Shown piece by piece: positions 48,630 to 58,941 of a stretch of DNA of 64,000 bases. The notes under the pieces are model-generated. The model was not told the DNA's origin. It did not search any database and saw only the letters and a list, made by a program, of their open reading frames with translations. Where the stretch lies: assembly GCA_000989955.1 (NCBI GenBank), contig LBTE01000003.1, positions 33,847 through 97,846 on the forward strand, given 5' to 3'. Numbering within the stretch: position 1 is the stretch's first letter; every line of letters starts with the position of its first letter. The position numbers and the translations under genes were made by a program. This DNA is from a candidate division TM6 bacterium GW2011_GWF2_37_49 (lineage in GTDB: Bacteria > Babelota > Babeliae > Babelales > RVW-14).

Positions 48630-49784
48630 TTATAAGAAAAATTTTGTCAATCGATCGATACCTTCTTGCAAAACATCTAGATCTCTCGCAAAACAGATTC
48701 GAATAAACTGAGCTCCGCTTGGGCCAAATGACTTGCCTGTGACCACACCAAGCTTTGCGTTATGTAGTATGCTCAAGCATAGGTCGGTTGTGTCGTTATA
48801 ATCTCTTACTTTTGCAAATACAAAAAATCCACCACTTGGAACATTGAAAGAGAGAATGTTTTTATCGACAAGAGGTTGTAATTTTTTTACTGCAAAATCT
48901 CTTGCGATTCTGACCCTGCACGACAATTCATCAACAAGGTCTTGTCGACTTAATGCGTAAAGCGCTGCATACTGAGCTGTATTATTCAAGCAGTTGAGCA
49001 TAGCGTCTTGAATGCTTGCAAAAACTGGAATCAATTTTTCATGTGCAACTAAATATCCAATGCGCCAACCACTCATGGCCATATTTTTGGAAAATGTATT
49101 GATTGAAATTAGATATTCGCTCTTGCCGATCATGGTAAAAATAGACTCAAATTTATCATCAAAAACGTAATCCCGATATGCCTCGTCAACAATCAAATAA
49201 ATTCCGCGAGCTTGGCACCAGTTTAAAAGCTCAACAATTGTGGTTTTTGGGATAAACATACCGATTGGGTTTGATGGATTTGAAAATACAATTATTTTAG
49301 TTTTTTCTGTTGTGGCTGACTTAACTTTTTCGATATCCAATTCCCATTCAATTTTACCTGAATCTGTGCAGCTTTTGAGGCATGAAACAAACACGGATTT
49401 AGCTCTGCACATCATGGTTGATATGTTGTAGGCTGGATAGGATGGTTCTGGAATAATTACTTCGTCACCTGCATCAAGTAAGGCGGTAAAAACGACATTC
49501 AGTGCGCCAATTGCGCCATGTGTGACCAAAACATTTGAAACATCTACACAATTTTTGTATTTTTCTGAAATAAAATCAGCAATTTTTTGTCTGAGCGGCA
49601 ACAAACCATAGCAACTTCCGTAGCTATCAGTTTTTGATGTATCAAGCAGCCCTTTTAAATGTTGCTTGATTGGCGAAGGAATGCCGCCGACTTTTAAGGC
49701 TCCCTGAGACAATGATACGTACTCATCACTGCCATTTACAACTTCTTCAACCTTTTTAATACCAGATAAAGGAATTTGTAACAT
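48630..49784 (-). CDS. PLP-dependent aminotransferase class I/II
   Basis: NPSNPIG, VDEAY, TFSKNMAMSGWRIGY. Confidence 0.92.
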   Translation of the reverse strand: MLQIPLSGIKKVEEVVNGSDEYVSLSQGALKVGGIPSPIKQHLKGLLDTSKTDSYGSCYGLLPLRQKIADFISEKYKNCVDVSNVLVTHGAIGALNVVFTALLDAGDEVIIPEPSYPAYNISTMMCRAKSVFVSCLKSCTDSGKIEWELDIEKVKSATTEKTKIIVFSNPSNPIGMFIPKTTIVELLNWCQARGIYLIVDEAYRDYVFDDKFESIFTMIGKSEYLISINTFSKNMAMSGWRIGYLVAHEKLIPVFASIQDAMLNCLNNTAQYAALYALSRQDLVDELSCRVRIARDFAVKKLQPLVDKNILSFNVPSGGFFVFAKVRDYNDTTDLCLSILHNAKLGVVTGKSFGPSGAQFIRICFARDLDVLQEGIDRLTKFFL

Positions 49785-49949
49785 ATTTTTCCCCCTAAAA
49801 TTTTAAGCATATTAAACAGCACATCAGTCTGTGTGAAATATTGTGGAATATATGGTATAACAATTTTACAGGATTTCTCAAGAATAATTTTAGTGTTTTT
49901 CCGTATTCAGAAATAAAATACGATGGTCAAATTCATGACAAATAGGGTT

Positions 49950-50084
49950 ATACATCGACCCGCATCTTCTAAACGTTCGCATTTATAAGGCTTGCAGAAG
50001 AATTGACAAATTTTATGACACGGCCTTCCAGTCAAGATCCAGAGCTGTATTTCAATCACTTTTTTTCAAAACTGTAACTATTCA
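49950..50084 (+). repeat. 135-bp dispersed intergenic element, copy 11
   Basis: atacatc 49950; aattgacaaatttta in the core; ends aaactgtaactattca. Confidence 0.75.
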
Positions 50085-50088
50085 GGTT

Positions 50089-50119
50089 CCTAGTCTAATA
50101 AAACTCGAATTAGACTAGG
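50089..50119. terminator. Hairpin downstream of PLD gene
   Basis: cctagtctaat / attagactagg 11-bp inverted repeat. Confidence 0.4.
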
Positions 50120-50208
50120 CTTAGGTGAGCTTGGGTCGACGTATAGGTCTAGATATCGTACATTTGACTAATTCAGATGCTTTAATTAAACATTAAACTT
50201 ATTAAAAT

Positions 50209-50835
50209 TCAAATTTGTTTTGAAACTGGAAACTGCATTATCAATTCTTTTAGCTTTTCCCAAAATGTTTTTTCTGAATCATAATTGTTGTTTTTGGGCT
50301 TTCTATGAGAACCCTTATTCAAAAAGCATCTTTTTTTGAGTATTTCAAAGTGTTCTTCAAACTTTTGACAGACTTTTTTATTGGTTGTAAGAATAACATT
50401 TTCTTGATTTTTTTGGTTTGCACTTTTTGTCCAGTTAAATGATCCTGTCCATATTTTTTCATCTAAAATGGCAAACTTATTATGCATCAGTGCCCCAAAT
50501 TTTTTATTTTTGCTATCATCTGCAAAAACGTATACGTCAATTCCAGCTTCTTGCAGCACTTTTGACTTTCCGTACTCATAATCGGCAGTTGCCTTATCAA
50601 TGATGATTTTGACATCAACGCCACGTTGTTTTGCTGACACTAATGCTGCGGCTATTTGCTTATCTGTAAGCATATAAACGGCAGCATACACCCTTTTTTT
50701 TGTGGTATTTATGATCTCAATTAAACGCTTTGTTGGACTATCATCAGGTGAAAAAAACACCTCCGATCTTGGATTTAAACTTAAAAATGGAATAATCAGA
50801 TATAAAACACAAAAAATTTTTATCGATATTTTCAT
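50209..50835 (-). CDS. Phospholipase D-family (single HKD, Nuc-like) exported protein
   Basis: VFFSP, MHNKFAILD...TGSFNWT.SA...NQEN. Confidence 0.9.
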   Translation of the reverse strand: MKISIKIFCVLYLIIPFLSLNPRSEVFFSPDDSPTKRLIEIINTTKKRVYAAVYMLTDKQIAAALVSAKQRGVDVKIIIDKATADYEYGKSKVLQEAGIDVYVFADDSKNKKFGALMHNKFAILDEKIWTGSFNWTKSANQKNQENVILTTNKKVCQKFEEHFEILKKRCFLNKGSHRKPKNNNYDSEKTFWEKLKELIMQFPVSKQI

Positions 50836-50954
50836 ATACTTTCTCACCTTCTTATTCAGGAGTTTGAATTTTTTAAAGATTATATTTAATTTTATATCAT
50901 TCAAAAAAAAAGTCATGCGAGTGGTAATAATACAGTAAAAAGGAGAACGGAATC

Positions 50955-51548
50955 ATGAATCACATGAAGTATTGGGTAGCATTTATCTGGTTTATTTATT
51001 GTTCATTGGTAGCCAAAACACTTGAACAAATGCAGGTATTGCACAAAGATATTGGCAATGAATTAATGAGTATCAGAAAGGAATTTACGGCGGCTCAGCC
51101 TAAAATTTATTCTCTTTTAGACCAAATTAATCGAATGTATAATTTGGCAAAAGTGTCACTAGAAAAAAAACATCAGTTAAAAATTGATCTAAAAAATAAA
51201 ATTGTAGAAAATCAAAAAATTCAATCAGACCTAAATTTATTAAAAACTAAACTTCATGAAGCGGAGGCTGAACGAGATAAATATTCAAAGAGTTTTACAT
51301 CATTAAACAAAGAGCTGCAAATTGAGAAGGTTCAATCAGCCATTTTATCAAGAGAAAAAAAGGAACTTGATCAAGAAAAGCATGAGCTTCAAAACAAAAT
51401 AATAGATGCCAAAGACGACAAGTATAATAAAAAAGATATGATCACTGATAGCATACTAAAAGACTTAACGGATGAAGAAAAAGATCTTCTTAAAACATCT
51501 CAAAACTTAACTCTAAGCTCTACCTCGGCTCCAAGCTCGCCACGCTGA
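50955..51548 (+). CDS. Hypothetical exported coiled-coil protein
   Basis: AGGAG RBS, signal-like N-terminus, K/E/L/Q-rich heptads. Confidence 0.7.
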   Translation: MNHMKYWVAFIWFIYCSLVAKTLEQMQVLHKDIGNELMSIRKEFTAAQPKIYSLLDQINRMYNLAKVSLEKKHQLKIDLKNKIVENQKIQSDLNLLKTKLHEAEAERDKYSKSFTSLNKELQIEKVQSAILSREKKELDQEKHELQNKIIDAKDDKYNKKDMITDSILKDLTDEEKDLLKTSQNLTLSSTSAPSSPR

Positions 51549-54295
51549 TCTTTTATTGCCCTAACGTTGATATCATCACTCAGCATATATTCGAGCTGAG
51601 CGCTAAAATCATCTTGTAGGTTAAAGTTTTTTTGGATCTGCGCCTTTACTTGATCATTTACGTTAATGTTGATAGTTCCCTTGATGCCGCCACGAGCTGA
51701 CTGATCGGTAAAATCAGGGGATATTTGAATGTATTTCAAAGGTTTTGTTATTTTATGTAACAAATTATTTGATTCTGGCAAAATTTTCTTACTTCCCAAA
51801 ATCACATTGTAAAGATTTTGTTCTACCATCGCCAAAAGATCGGTTTGCAGTTTATAATTTTCCGAACCAGAAAGGAGTAAGCTTAAAACCTGCTCTTCTG
51901 TTAATTCCGGCGTGGATTCAACTAAAATAGTAGGTTTTTGTAATGATCCAGAGGCTTGCATAGAAACCATGTATTTATTGATTCTGTTTTTTGCGATTAA
52001 ATCTATGACTGGATCATTCATTTGATTTGCAACAAATTCGATTTTACCATATTCTATCATCAATTTATTTTGTAAAACCTTTATAAATCCACCATCTAAT
52101 TTTACTGTTCCAGTGAGTTGTGGGATATTTATAATCCCATTTCCTCTTTTGTGCGTAATTCTCAAGTTTAATGATGCATTGGTTTGAAGAGTAGGCGTTT
52201 TAGCTTTAATCGGGTATTCTGTAACAATCTTAATGTCAAAATTTATGTCTTTTGTGGATGGAAGTATGCTGTTCCAGCCACCATAAAAATTGTATTTATC
52301 GCTTGCCGCAAATATATTTTCTTTTAGAAGTGATTTTTTTAGATAAATTTGACCAAACACATTGCTTTCCGAATTTACATCCTTTTTTATCAGCACATTA
52401 CCATAAATTATGCCCAATAAATCTTTTTTGTAATTTATAAGCAAGTCAGTGATCTGAATTGGAAAATGTAAAAATGAAACAGCGAAAGATTTGTCGAGAG
52501 TTATCGATACTTTGGGACTGCTAATTTCACCCTTAAAAAATCCAACCTTCAAATTATTTAAATAAATTTTGCGAGGGAAAACCAATTCAAATTCTGAGTC
52601 AAATTTATTAATCAAATTTTGGCTTTCAGGAATATAAAAAGATCCGTTTTTGAGATTTAATTTACCACGTAATTTCCCCCAATTCGCTTGATCAATTTGA
52701 AGGTTAAACAGGCCTCCATGGCTTAATAATAAATTTTTAGTGCTAGGATCTAAAAACTGTCTGAGTAGCGAATAATTTACATCTCCGCTTAAGATTACGT
52801 CATTCTTGTGTTTTGTTTTAAAATTTATTACAGAATTGTTGGCAACACTGTATTTAATTTTGGAAAAATGTAAATTTGGTATGGTTTGTAGTTGCAATGA
52901 ATAAAGATCATCTTTGCAGTTGCCGTCCAGGCTAAGTTCTTTGTTACAAAATTTATAAGTACCATCAAAGCTTGTGTTTTGATCAGTTGTTTGATTATTG
53001 ATAATGGCTTTGTATTTTCCGTCAAGCTCAAGGTTGCTATCAAAACTTACAGAAATAAACGCATTTTTAGGATAAATTACGTAGTCCCCAAATCCCAAAT
53101 TTACGATTTGATTCTTTAATGGCTTAATTTGACAACTATTTAAAAACTTTCCTACGCCTTTTTTATTTTTAAAATTCCAAGCGCAAATCCCATTAAATTT
53201 TATGTCAGAGGCTAACTCTAGCCCAATTTTTGATATAATTGATTTAGTGCCGTTTTTGATCAACTCTAGCGATAATTCTTTGCAGGCAAACATTTTGTAG
53301 TTAACGTCCGATATAACGACCTTGCTTTTTGGGTTTAAGTTCATTAATTCAAGGCCTAAGCTAGCATTTATTTGAGCCTGACCGTTGATTTCTTTCTGAG
53401 CAACAAACTCATTTTTATGGCTACTTAAATAATTAAATATGTTTACCATATCGGCCAGCTTAAAAAAGCCGTTAATATTTAAACTATTTTTGAGGTATTC
53501 AATCGCAATATTCAAAGATTTGTCTGAGGTGGTTGCATTGATTTGTTTGTACGCTTTGTTCCAATGTGCATCTAACAAAAACTGTTTATTTGGTATTGGT
53601 GGAACATCTTTGATTTTTGAATCAAACTTAGCCTCCCACCCAGATTCATCTCGAAGTTTATCAAAATTGCAGCGCACATTTATTTTTTGAGCAATGACGT
53701 TATCATCAATATTTATTTGTGCATCGTTAAAATTAATCTTTCCACTCCAGCTATATTTTTTGTGGTCTTTTTTTTCGTGTTTTTGAATTATACAGTTACC
53801 AACTGAAAATAAGTGGATTTTATTTGTTTGGGTGTTTATTTCACAGTCCAAATTATTTATTCGAATCGATTTTAAATTTACATCAAGGCCAGATATGCGA
53901 TCAGCAAGCATGTTTGCGATATGGTCTGCGATTTCAAGCTTGCCATCATTAAAAATTGTTTTTGCTGCAACATTATAAAATTCAAGCGATAAATTTATTT
54001 TTCTTTTTAAAATAAAGGCAAGCGGAGATACATGAATTTTGCACTGCTCAAACTTCCAGTTACAATTTTTTTTTCGTGGATCTGAAACAAGGCCATTTTT
54101 TAAGTAAATAGAGCAGGTAAAAAAGTTGATGCGCGCTGATTGTTTGGTGATTGTAATTCCCCAAATGTTTTCTAACTTTGAAATAAGCTTTTGAGACAAG
54201 GCCACTTCAATTTTTGAGTTATTTTGAATAATCCATACAGAAGCCATTAATCCAAAGATGATAGCTCCAAATAAGGTAAAGATTCGCTTAATCAT
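51500..54295 (-). CDS. TamB/AsmA-like translocation and assembly module protein
   Basis: N-terminal TM anchor, beta-rich body, C-terminal P.L.G...G.I.F...DP.IDL.A...GSLQKP...STPELTEEQVLSLLL. Confidence 0.75.
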   Translation of the reverse strand: MIKRIFTLFGAIIFGLMASVWIIQNNSKIEVALSQKLISKLENIWGITITKQSARINFFTCSIYLKNGLVSDPRKKNCNWKFEQCKIHVSPLAFILKRKINLSLEFYNVAAKTIFNDGKLEIADHIANMLADRISGLDVNLKSIRINNLDCEINTQTNKIHLFSVGNCIIQKHEKKDHKKYSWSGKINFNDAQINIDDNVIAQKINVRCNFDKLRDESGWEAKFDSKIKDVPPIPNKQFLLDAHWNKAYKQINATTSDKSLNIAIEYLKNSLNINGFFKLADMVNIFNYLSSHKNEFVAQKEINGQAQINASLGLELMNLNPKSKVVISDVNYKMFACKELSLELIKNGTKSIISKIGLELASDIKFNGICAWNFKNKKGVGKFLNSCQIKPLKNQIVNLGFGDYVIYPKNAFISVSFDSNLELDGKYKAIINNQTTDQNTSFDGTYKFCNKELSLDGNCKDDLYSLQLQTIPNLHFSKIKYSVANNSVINFKTKHKNDVILSGDVNYSLLRQFLDPSTKNLLLSHGGLFNLQIDQANWGKLRGKLNLKNGSFYIPESQNLINKFDSEFELVFPRKIYLNNLKVGFFKGEISSPKVSITLDKSFAVSFLHFPIQITDLLINYKKDLLGIIYGNVLIKKDVNSESNVFGQIYLKKSLLKENIFAASDKYNFYGGWNSILPSTKDINFDIKIVTEYPIKAKTPTLQTNASLNLRITHKRGNGIINIPQLTGTVKLDGGFIKVLQNKLMIEYGKIEFVANQMNDPVIDLIAKNRINKYMVSMQASGSLQKPTILVESTPELTEEQVLSLLLSGSENYKLQTDLLAMVEQNLYNVILGSKKILPESNNLLHKITKPLKYIQISPDFTDQSARGGIKGTININVNDQVKAQIQKNFNLQDDFSAQLEYMLSDDINVRAIKDQRGELGAEVELRVKF

Positions 54296-54311
54296 TTAAT
54301 CCAAACAACAT

Positions 54312-54881
54312 TTATAGTCCAATCCAATTCATACCGTTATAAATATATCTTCTTAGATAGGATACCCGAGATGGCGAGCAAGTTAAAGCGCCCATATTTT
54401 TATTTTGCCTGTCAATGAAGTATACGCTCCCAGACGTGATTTTGCCACTTGGCAGGAATTTTATGCTTAAATTATCCAGGGCTGCATTGTTTTTGGCTTC
54501 AACGGCTATTGACCTGTCGATGCTTATCGGTCCCTCTATCTTGCGAGTAGGCTTTGTTGGCGGGCCAAAAACGCCTGGCATGAAGCCAAATTTTATACCG
54601 TTTTCCAACAAAAGCATAAGTTTTTCTGTTTTTGATTTTTGGCAGCTACAAGCATTTTGTTGTAAATCAAAGACCAAAGTTTGAGTTTGACCGCTGGCAA
54701 TGGCCAATTGTTGCAGGTAACGATAAAATACTTCCAGCCGTTCAACCTCACTTTTAAGATAAAAATTGCCCAAAAAGTTGCGAACCGGCACAGTCATCAT
54801 CAAAATAATTAAAAGCAGGCTCAAAACCAGCAATATTTCGAATAGCGTAAATGAGGCTTTGGTTCTCAATTTTGGCTCCAA
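54312..54881 (-). CDS. Prepilin-like (pseudopilin GspH/FimT-type) protein
   Basis: KASFTLFEILLVL type IV N-terminal methylation-like site; F.PSG. Confidence 0.75.
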   Translation of the reverse strand: MEPKLRTKASFTLFEILLVLSLLLIILMMTVPVRNFLGNFYLKSEVERLEVFYRYLQQLAIASGQTQTLVFDLQQNACSCQKSKTEKLMLLLENGIKFGFMPGVFGPPTKPTRKIEGPISIDRSIAVEAKNNAALDNLSIKFLPSGKITSGSVYFIDRQNKNMGALTCSPSRVSYLRRYIYNGMNWIGL

Positions 54882-54973
54882 TGTTTAATTAATGGTCTAA
54901 GTTTTAGAGGCTTCTACTCGTTAAAAAACATACAGTCAAGCCTGGCCACAAATCAAGTATCTCAAATCAGAGG

Positions 54974-55108
54974 GCTGTTTTTGCAGTTTTTTGAAAAATT
55001 GTTCGGTAGCTCAGATCAGATCGTGTGCCGCAGGGCGGCACTAAAAACTTGTTAATCTGTCCGCGGTCTCGATTCAATCAAATATTTCGCCAACCATAGC
55101 CGATGTAT
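54974..55108 (-). repeat. 135-bp dispersed intergenic element, copy 12
   Basis: tttttgcag, gttcg, ctaaaaacttgttaat, tcgat, gatgtat at fixed offsets. Confidence 0.85.
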
Positions 55109-55257
55109 CATGCTTCCAATGGCGGCTTTTCGCCCCCCCCCTTTTTTTTTATTTTCTATTTGAATTTATCGTCAGGTATTTGCTAGACTAAACTTAGAAT
55201 CAACAGAGAATTAACTTTGCAAAACAAACGAGTGTATATTTATGAGGAGGATGTACC

Positions 55258-56052
55258 GTGAGTGTGATTAAAAAATTAATGTTGCTGGCGATGTTTGCTG
55301 GCTTAGCCGTAACAACCGGTTATGCGATGACGCAGTCTAAGGAATCTGAATTAACTGGCGCAGCATGGATGGGCGATACTGAACGTATAAAATCACTTAT
55401 TGAATCGGGAGCGAATCCAAATTATAGTGATAAGTCCGAGGATACACCTTTACAGAATGCAATATACAGCAACAAAGTTGAATGCATTAAGTTACTTATT
55501 AAATTGGGAGCGAATCCAGATTTAATAGATAAATACGGCAATACTCCATTAATGAGTGCGATACAACGCGGCAATGTTGAGGTTGTTACGGCGCTACTTG
55601 ACGCCGGAGCGAATCCAAGTCAGGTTGATCGTAGCGGCATGAGCCCTTTAGTGAAGGCAGCATATTTAGACAGCCATGAATGCATTCCACCACTTATTAA
55701 ATTTGGAGCGAATCCAAATGGAATAGATGATGTCGGCATGCCTCCATTAATTGAAGCGGTAAAACACAACAATGTTGAATCTGTTAAGGCGCTACGTAAG
55801 GCCGGCGCTAATCCATGTGTGACTTTTGATAACGGCTTGACTCCCCTGCACTATGCATTCGCGGTCTTGAATCACAAGAATGGTATTGCTATGATTAAAT
55901 TATTAATCAGCCTTGGAGCAGATTATAAAGCGAAAAATTCAACCGGACACACTCCATTACAAGTTGCAAATAAAAGAAACTACACCAAACAAGAACTTAT
56001 CGAAATTGCTAAGTTTATTAAGGAATATGAATACACATATAACACCTTATGA
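55258..56052 (+). CDS. Secreted ankyrin-repeat protein
   Basis: Signal peptide; six GANP...G.TPL..A repeats; GAGGAG RBS. Confidence 0.93.
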   Translation: MSVIKKLMLLAMFAGLAVTTGYAMTQSKESELTGAAWMGDTERIKSLIESGANPNYSDKSEDTPLQNAIYSNKVECIKLLIKLGANPDLIDKYGNTPLMSAIQRGNVEVVTALLDAGANPSQVDRSGMSPLVKAAYLDSHECIPPLIKFGANPNGIDDVGMPPLIEAVKHNNVESVKALRKAGANPCVTFDNGLTPLHYAFAVLNHKNGIAMIKLLISLGADYKAKNSTGHTPLQVANKRNYTKQELIEIAKFIKEYEYTYNTL

Positions 56053-56099
56053 GGCAATAGGCTGCTCACTTCAATAACATTAAGCCTAAAATTTTTACC

Positions 56100-56119
56100 G
56101 GCCCGCGACATCGCGGGCC
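56100..56119 (+). terminator. GC hairpin between convergent genes
   Basis: ggcccgcga-ca-tcgcgggcc followed by ttcttt. Confidence 0.65.
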
Positions 56120-56135
56120 TTCTTTGTGCGCCAGT

Positions 56136-56176
56136 GCCGATGTATTGGCGTGTTTGTGATCTTGTGATTGATGTAT
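56136..56176 (-). repeat. Partial copy (13) of the 135-bp element
   Basis: gccgatg and gatgtat at the family spacing; remainder not recognisable. Confidence 0.5.
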
Positions 56177-56216
56177 ACCTGTGTAGGTCGCATGATCGAC
56201 CGGTGTATCGAACAAT

Positions 56217-58940
56217 TTATTTTACCGCAATCGATTGACCATAAACGGCTTTGACCGGAAGCCCAAGTGCATTTTCAAATAATGCGTAGTTTGGCTCGGA
56301 TAACATTGAGGTAAAGGCATCTTTTTGGCCAACGCTGCTTACAACTTTAATGGCTTCTCTAACAAATTCAAGAGCTGTTTTATCTGGTCCCTTGCCGACT
56401 TTCATAGGTAGATAAGGTGCGTAAAGAGATCTAAACTTTTGCATGCCATCATGCAATGATATTGAAGCTTCAACAAGTTCATTTTTGGCATCATCATAAG
56501 CTTTTTTGTTGGCCGTTTTTTTATGATTAGCTCTCAAGGCTTTTACGGCTTTTGCAATGACATCTGAAGCATCAGACATTTTTTCATTCGATTCTTTGGT
56601 GCACTTTTCAAATTCCTCGGAAGGGTTTATTGTAAATACACCGCTTGAATTGCGCAATTTTATTGAAGTTGCTTTGCTTGTTATAAGATTGTTATATGCG
56701 TCTGATACCATTTTTATACCACGCAAAAATACAGCAATCAATGCATCAGATGTTTCGCTTTTACCTAGCAAAAAGTCTTTTGGAAGCGTTGCTTCACGCA
56801 ATGCTTGAAATTGTTGTAAATAAATATCTAGCGTCGATACAAGCAATTCATCTTGTACTTCTGATTTTGGCTCGCCAAGTCGAGGTTTGGCAATGTTCTG
56901 GGTGATTGTTTTTTTGCCTGACTTTATTTCATTTAATATAGCTAACGTCTTTTTTAATGAATCGATATCTTTTTTCTCAAAGCCTGCACTGATAACACTT
57001 TTAATTGTAGTTGTAACAAACGGAATAAGCGCTCCCATTCGTTTTTTCAATTCCACCGTCTGATCCGCTGCGGATTTTGGCAGCTTGTCGCCAAGGTCTG
57101 CAATAAGTCTTAAATTTGCGTGAACTATGAGTTTTTGATCACTGAACGAAAGACCATCAGTGATTAACGGTACGACTGTTTCGGTTGTTGCTTGTATTAT
57201 TTCGTTGTAATTCAAGGCCGTGCTTCGAGTTGTTAAAATGGCTTCTTGTAACACAGATGAATTTTGTTGAGCTGATTGCACTGATTTTATATCATCGGCA
57301 TACACCTTTGTGCTCAAATTATCAATATATTTTGAGATAGCCGAAGGCATGTTTGATTGCAGTTCTTGCATTGATGTGTTTGCGTACTGCTTTGTTTGGG
57401 CAAGCCTTGCGCATAAAATCATTGTATGAGTGCGTATCTTCTGAATTTTATCGAAATCATTTTTGAGACTTGAATCATTCAACACGTCTTTGTTTAGGAG
57501 CGCTGCTTTGAGAAAAAACAAAAATGCTGCATTTGGATTGAGTATTAGGCTGCATGCGTCCTGATCTTCAGAATTAATTAAACTTGTTAATGTATCGATA
57601 TTTATACCGCATCCGTCAATTTCCTCCGGAGTTATAGATACTTTGCAAATCAGTGGAGCTCCAGGATTGCCAGCCCCCTCTTCTTCAAAATTGAATTCAA
57701 CGACAAATTCATGCTCTGTATTATCAATTGTTACAGGATCTAGTTTAATTTTAAAATTTTTATTGTAGTAATCTTCGCTTTCTGTGGCCTTAATAAATGC
57801 TTCGACTAAATTTTGGCCTATAAAATTAGCAACCATGGATATTTTTTGAGCACAATCACTATCAGCCGCTGGCTCTCCGTAAGCGCTTGGTGAATGTGGC
57901 GACTTACCATCTTCAAGATCATCACGAAGTCTATCTATTTCGCGTTCATAATCTTTATCGTCTTGTTGCTCAATTCCAAGCAAAGTAAGAAGACCTGAAA
58001 TGACCGTTCCTCCGCTCAAAATCCCGCTTCCGACCAAAAATCCTCCAGTTACCTTTTTTTTCGTTGAATTAGCTTGCGCTTCTTCATCACCATCAACATT
58101 TTTAGCTGTATGCTTCTTTTTAAAAGTAAGACCTTCGCCAAATTGTATGGCTTTATCTGTCAAAAACCTTGCAGTTGTTTCAATATCGTGTGATTTAACA
58201 AGTTCTTTAACCGATAGTGGTGCGCGTTTTATATATTCGTCCAACTTTTTCTTTTTAGCTTCAATAGCTTTTTCACGCTTTTTCTTGTCTTCCTCTGATT
58301 CTACGATTGGAGTTTTTTTTAATTCATCAAGTTCAACTATTAATTCAATAAGTTTTTGTTTTGTAATTCCGTCGGTGGATTCGGCTTTTTTAATTGCAGG
58401 TACACCATCGAATAGTTTGTCGATATCAGCCGCGAACTTTGCATCAAGTTTTTCACTTACACGACTTACCGCCTTTGTTACGGCTGGTATTATACGATGC
58501 TTCAATGCGACACTGTCTGGATCTATTTGTCTAAGAGCATCTAACGCAGCCTTTTTTTGACCATCGGTTGTATCAGGGTTATCAGAGTTTATTATTTGTT
58601 GTAATTTTGCGGATTCATCGGCTTTTGCTTGGCGAGCTGAATCCGGATCTAATACCGCAAGATGCTTAATAGCCTCAAGCCTATCCGCAGTTGACGTCTT
58701 TGTATCAGCTATTTTTTTGTTATAATCCGCTATAGCTTTTTTTTTATCTCCGCTGTATGCTCTTTCAGCTTCTTCTGTCCGCTTTTTTTCAGCAGCTGCT
58801 CGTGACGCTTTGAGCAAATTGGCCGCATCAGACTGTTTTGCCGCATCTGATGATGCAGAGCGTACTGATCCATGAAAGCCAAACAACATCGTCAGCAAAG
58901 CTGCCGATTTAAGTAATCTATTATTCATTATCTCTTTCAT
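56217..58940 (-). CDS. Large hypothetical exported helical protein with internal hydrophobic segment
   Basis: 907-aa ORF, signal-like N-terminus, TM-like GGFLVGSGILSGGTVISGLLTLLG. Confidence 0.75.
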   Translation of the reverse strand: MKEIMNNRLLKSAALLTMLFGFHGSVRSASSDAAKQSDAANLLKASRAAAEKKRTEEAERAYSGDKKKAIADYNKKIADTKTSTADRLEAIKHLAVLDPDSARQAKADESAKLQQIINSDNPDTTDGQKKAALDALRQIDPDSVALKHRIIPAVTKAVSRVSEKLDAKFAADIDKLFDGVPAIKKAESTDGITKQKLIELIVELDELKKTPIVESEEDKKKREKAIEAKKKKLDEYIKRAPLSVKELVKSHDIETTARFLTDKAIQFGEGLTFKKKHTAKNVDGDEEAQANSTKKKVTGGFLVGSGILSGGTVISGLLTLLGIEQQDDKDYEREIDRLRDDLEDGKSPHSPSAYGEPAADSDCAQKISMVANFIGQNLVEAFIKATESEDYYNKNFKIKLDPVTIDNTEHEFVVEFNFEEEGAGNPGAPLICKVSITPEEIDGCGINIDTLTSLINSEDQDACSLILNPNAAFLFFLKAALLNKDVLNDSSLKNDFDKIQKIRTHTMILCARLAQTKQYANTSMQELQSNMPSAISKYIDNLSTKVYADDIKSVQSAQQNSSVLQEAILTTRSTALNYNEIIQATTETVVPLITDGLSFSDQKLIVHANLRLIADLGDKLPKSAADQTVELKKRMGALIPFVTTTIKSVISAGFEKKDIDSLKKTLAILNEIKSGKKTITQNIAKPRLGEPKSEVQDELLVSTLDIYLQQFQALREATLPKDFLLGKSETSDALIAVFLRGIKMVSDAYNNLITSKATSIKLRNSSGVFTINPSEEFEKCTKESNEKMSDASDVIAKAVKALRANHKKTANKKAYDDAKNELVEASISLHDGMQKFRSLYAPYLPMKVGKGPDKTALEFVREAIKVVSSVGQKDAFTSMLSEPNYALFENALGLPVKAVYGQSIAVK

Positions 58941-58941
58941 T

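Noticed and set aside
50209-50835. PLD nuclease as part of a restriction/defence system
   Set aside because: Has an export-like leader and no helicase or methylase neighbours
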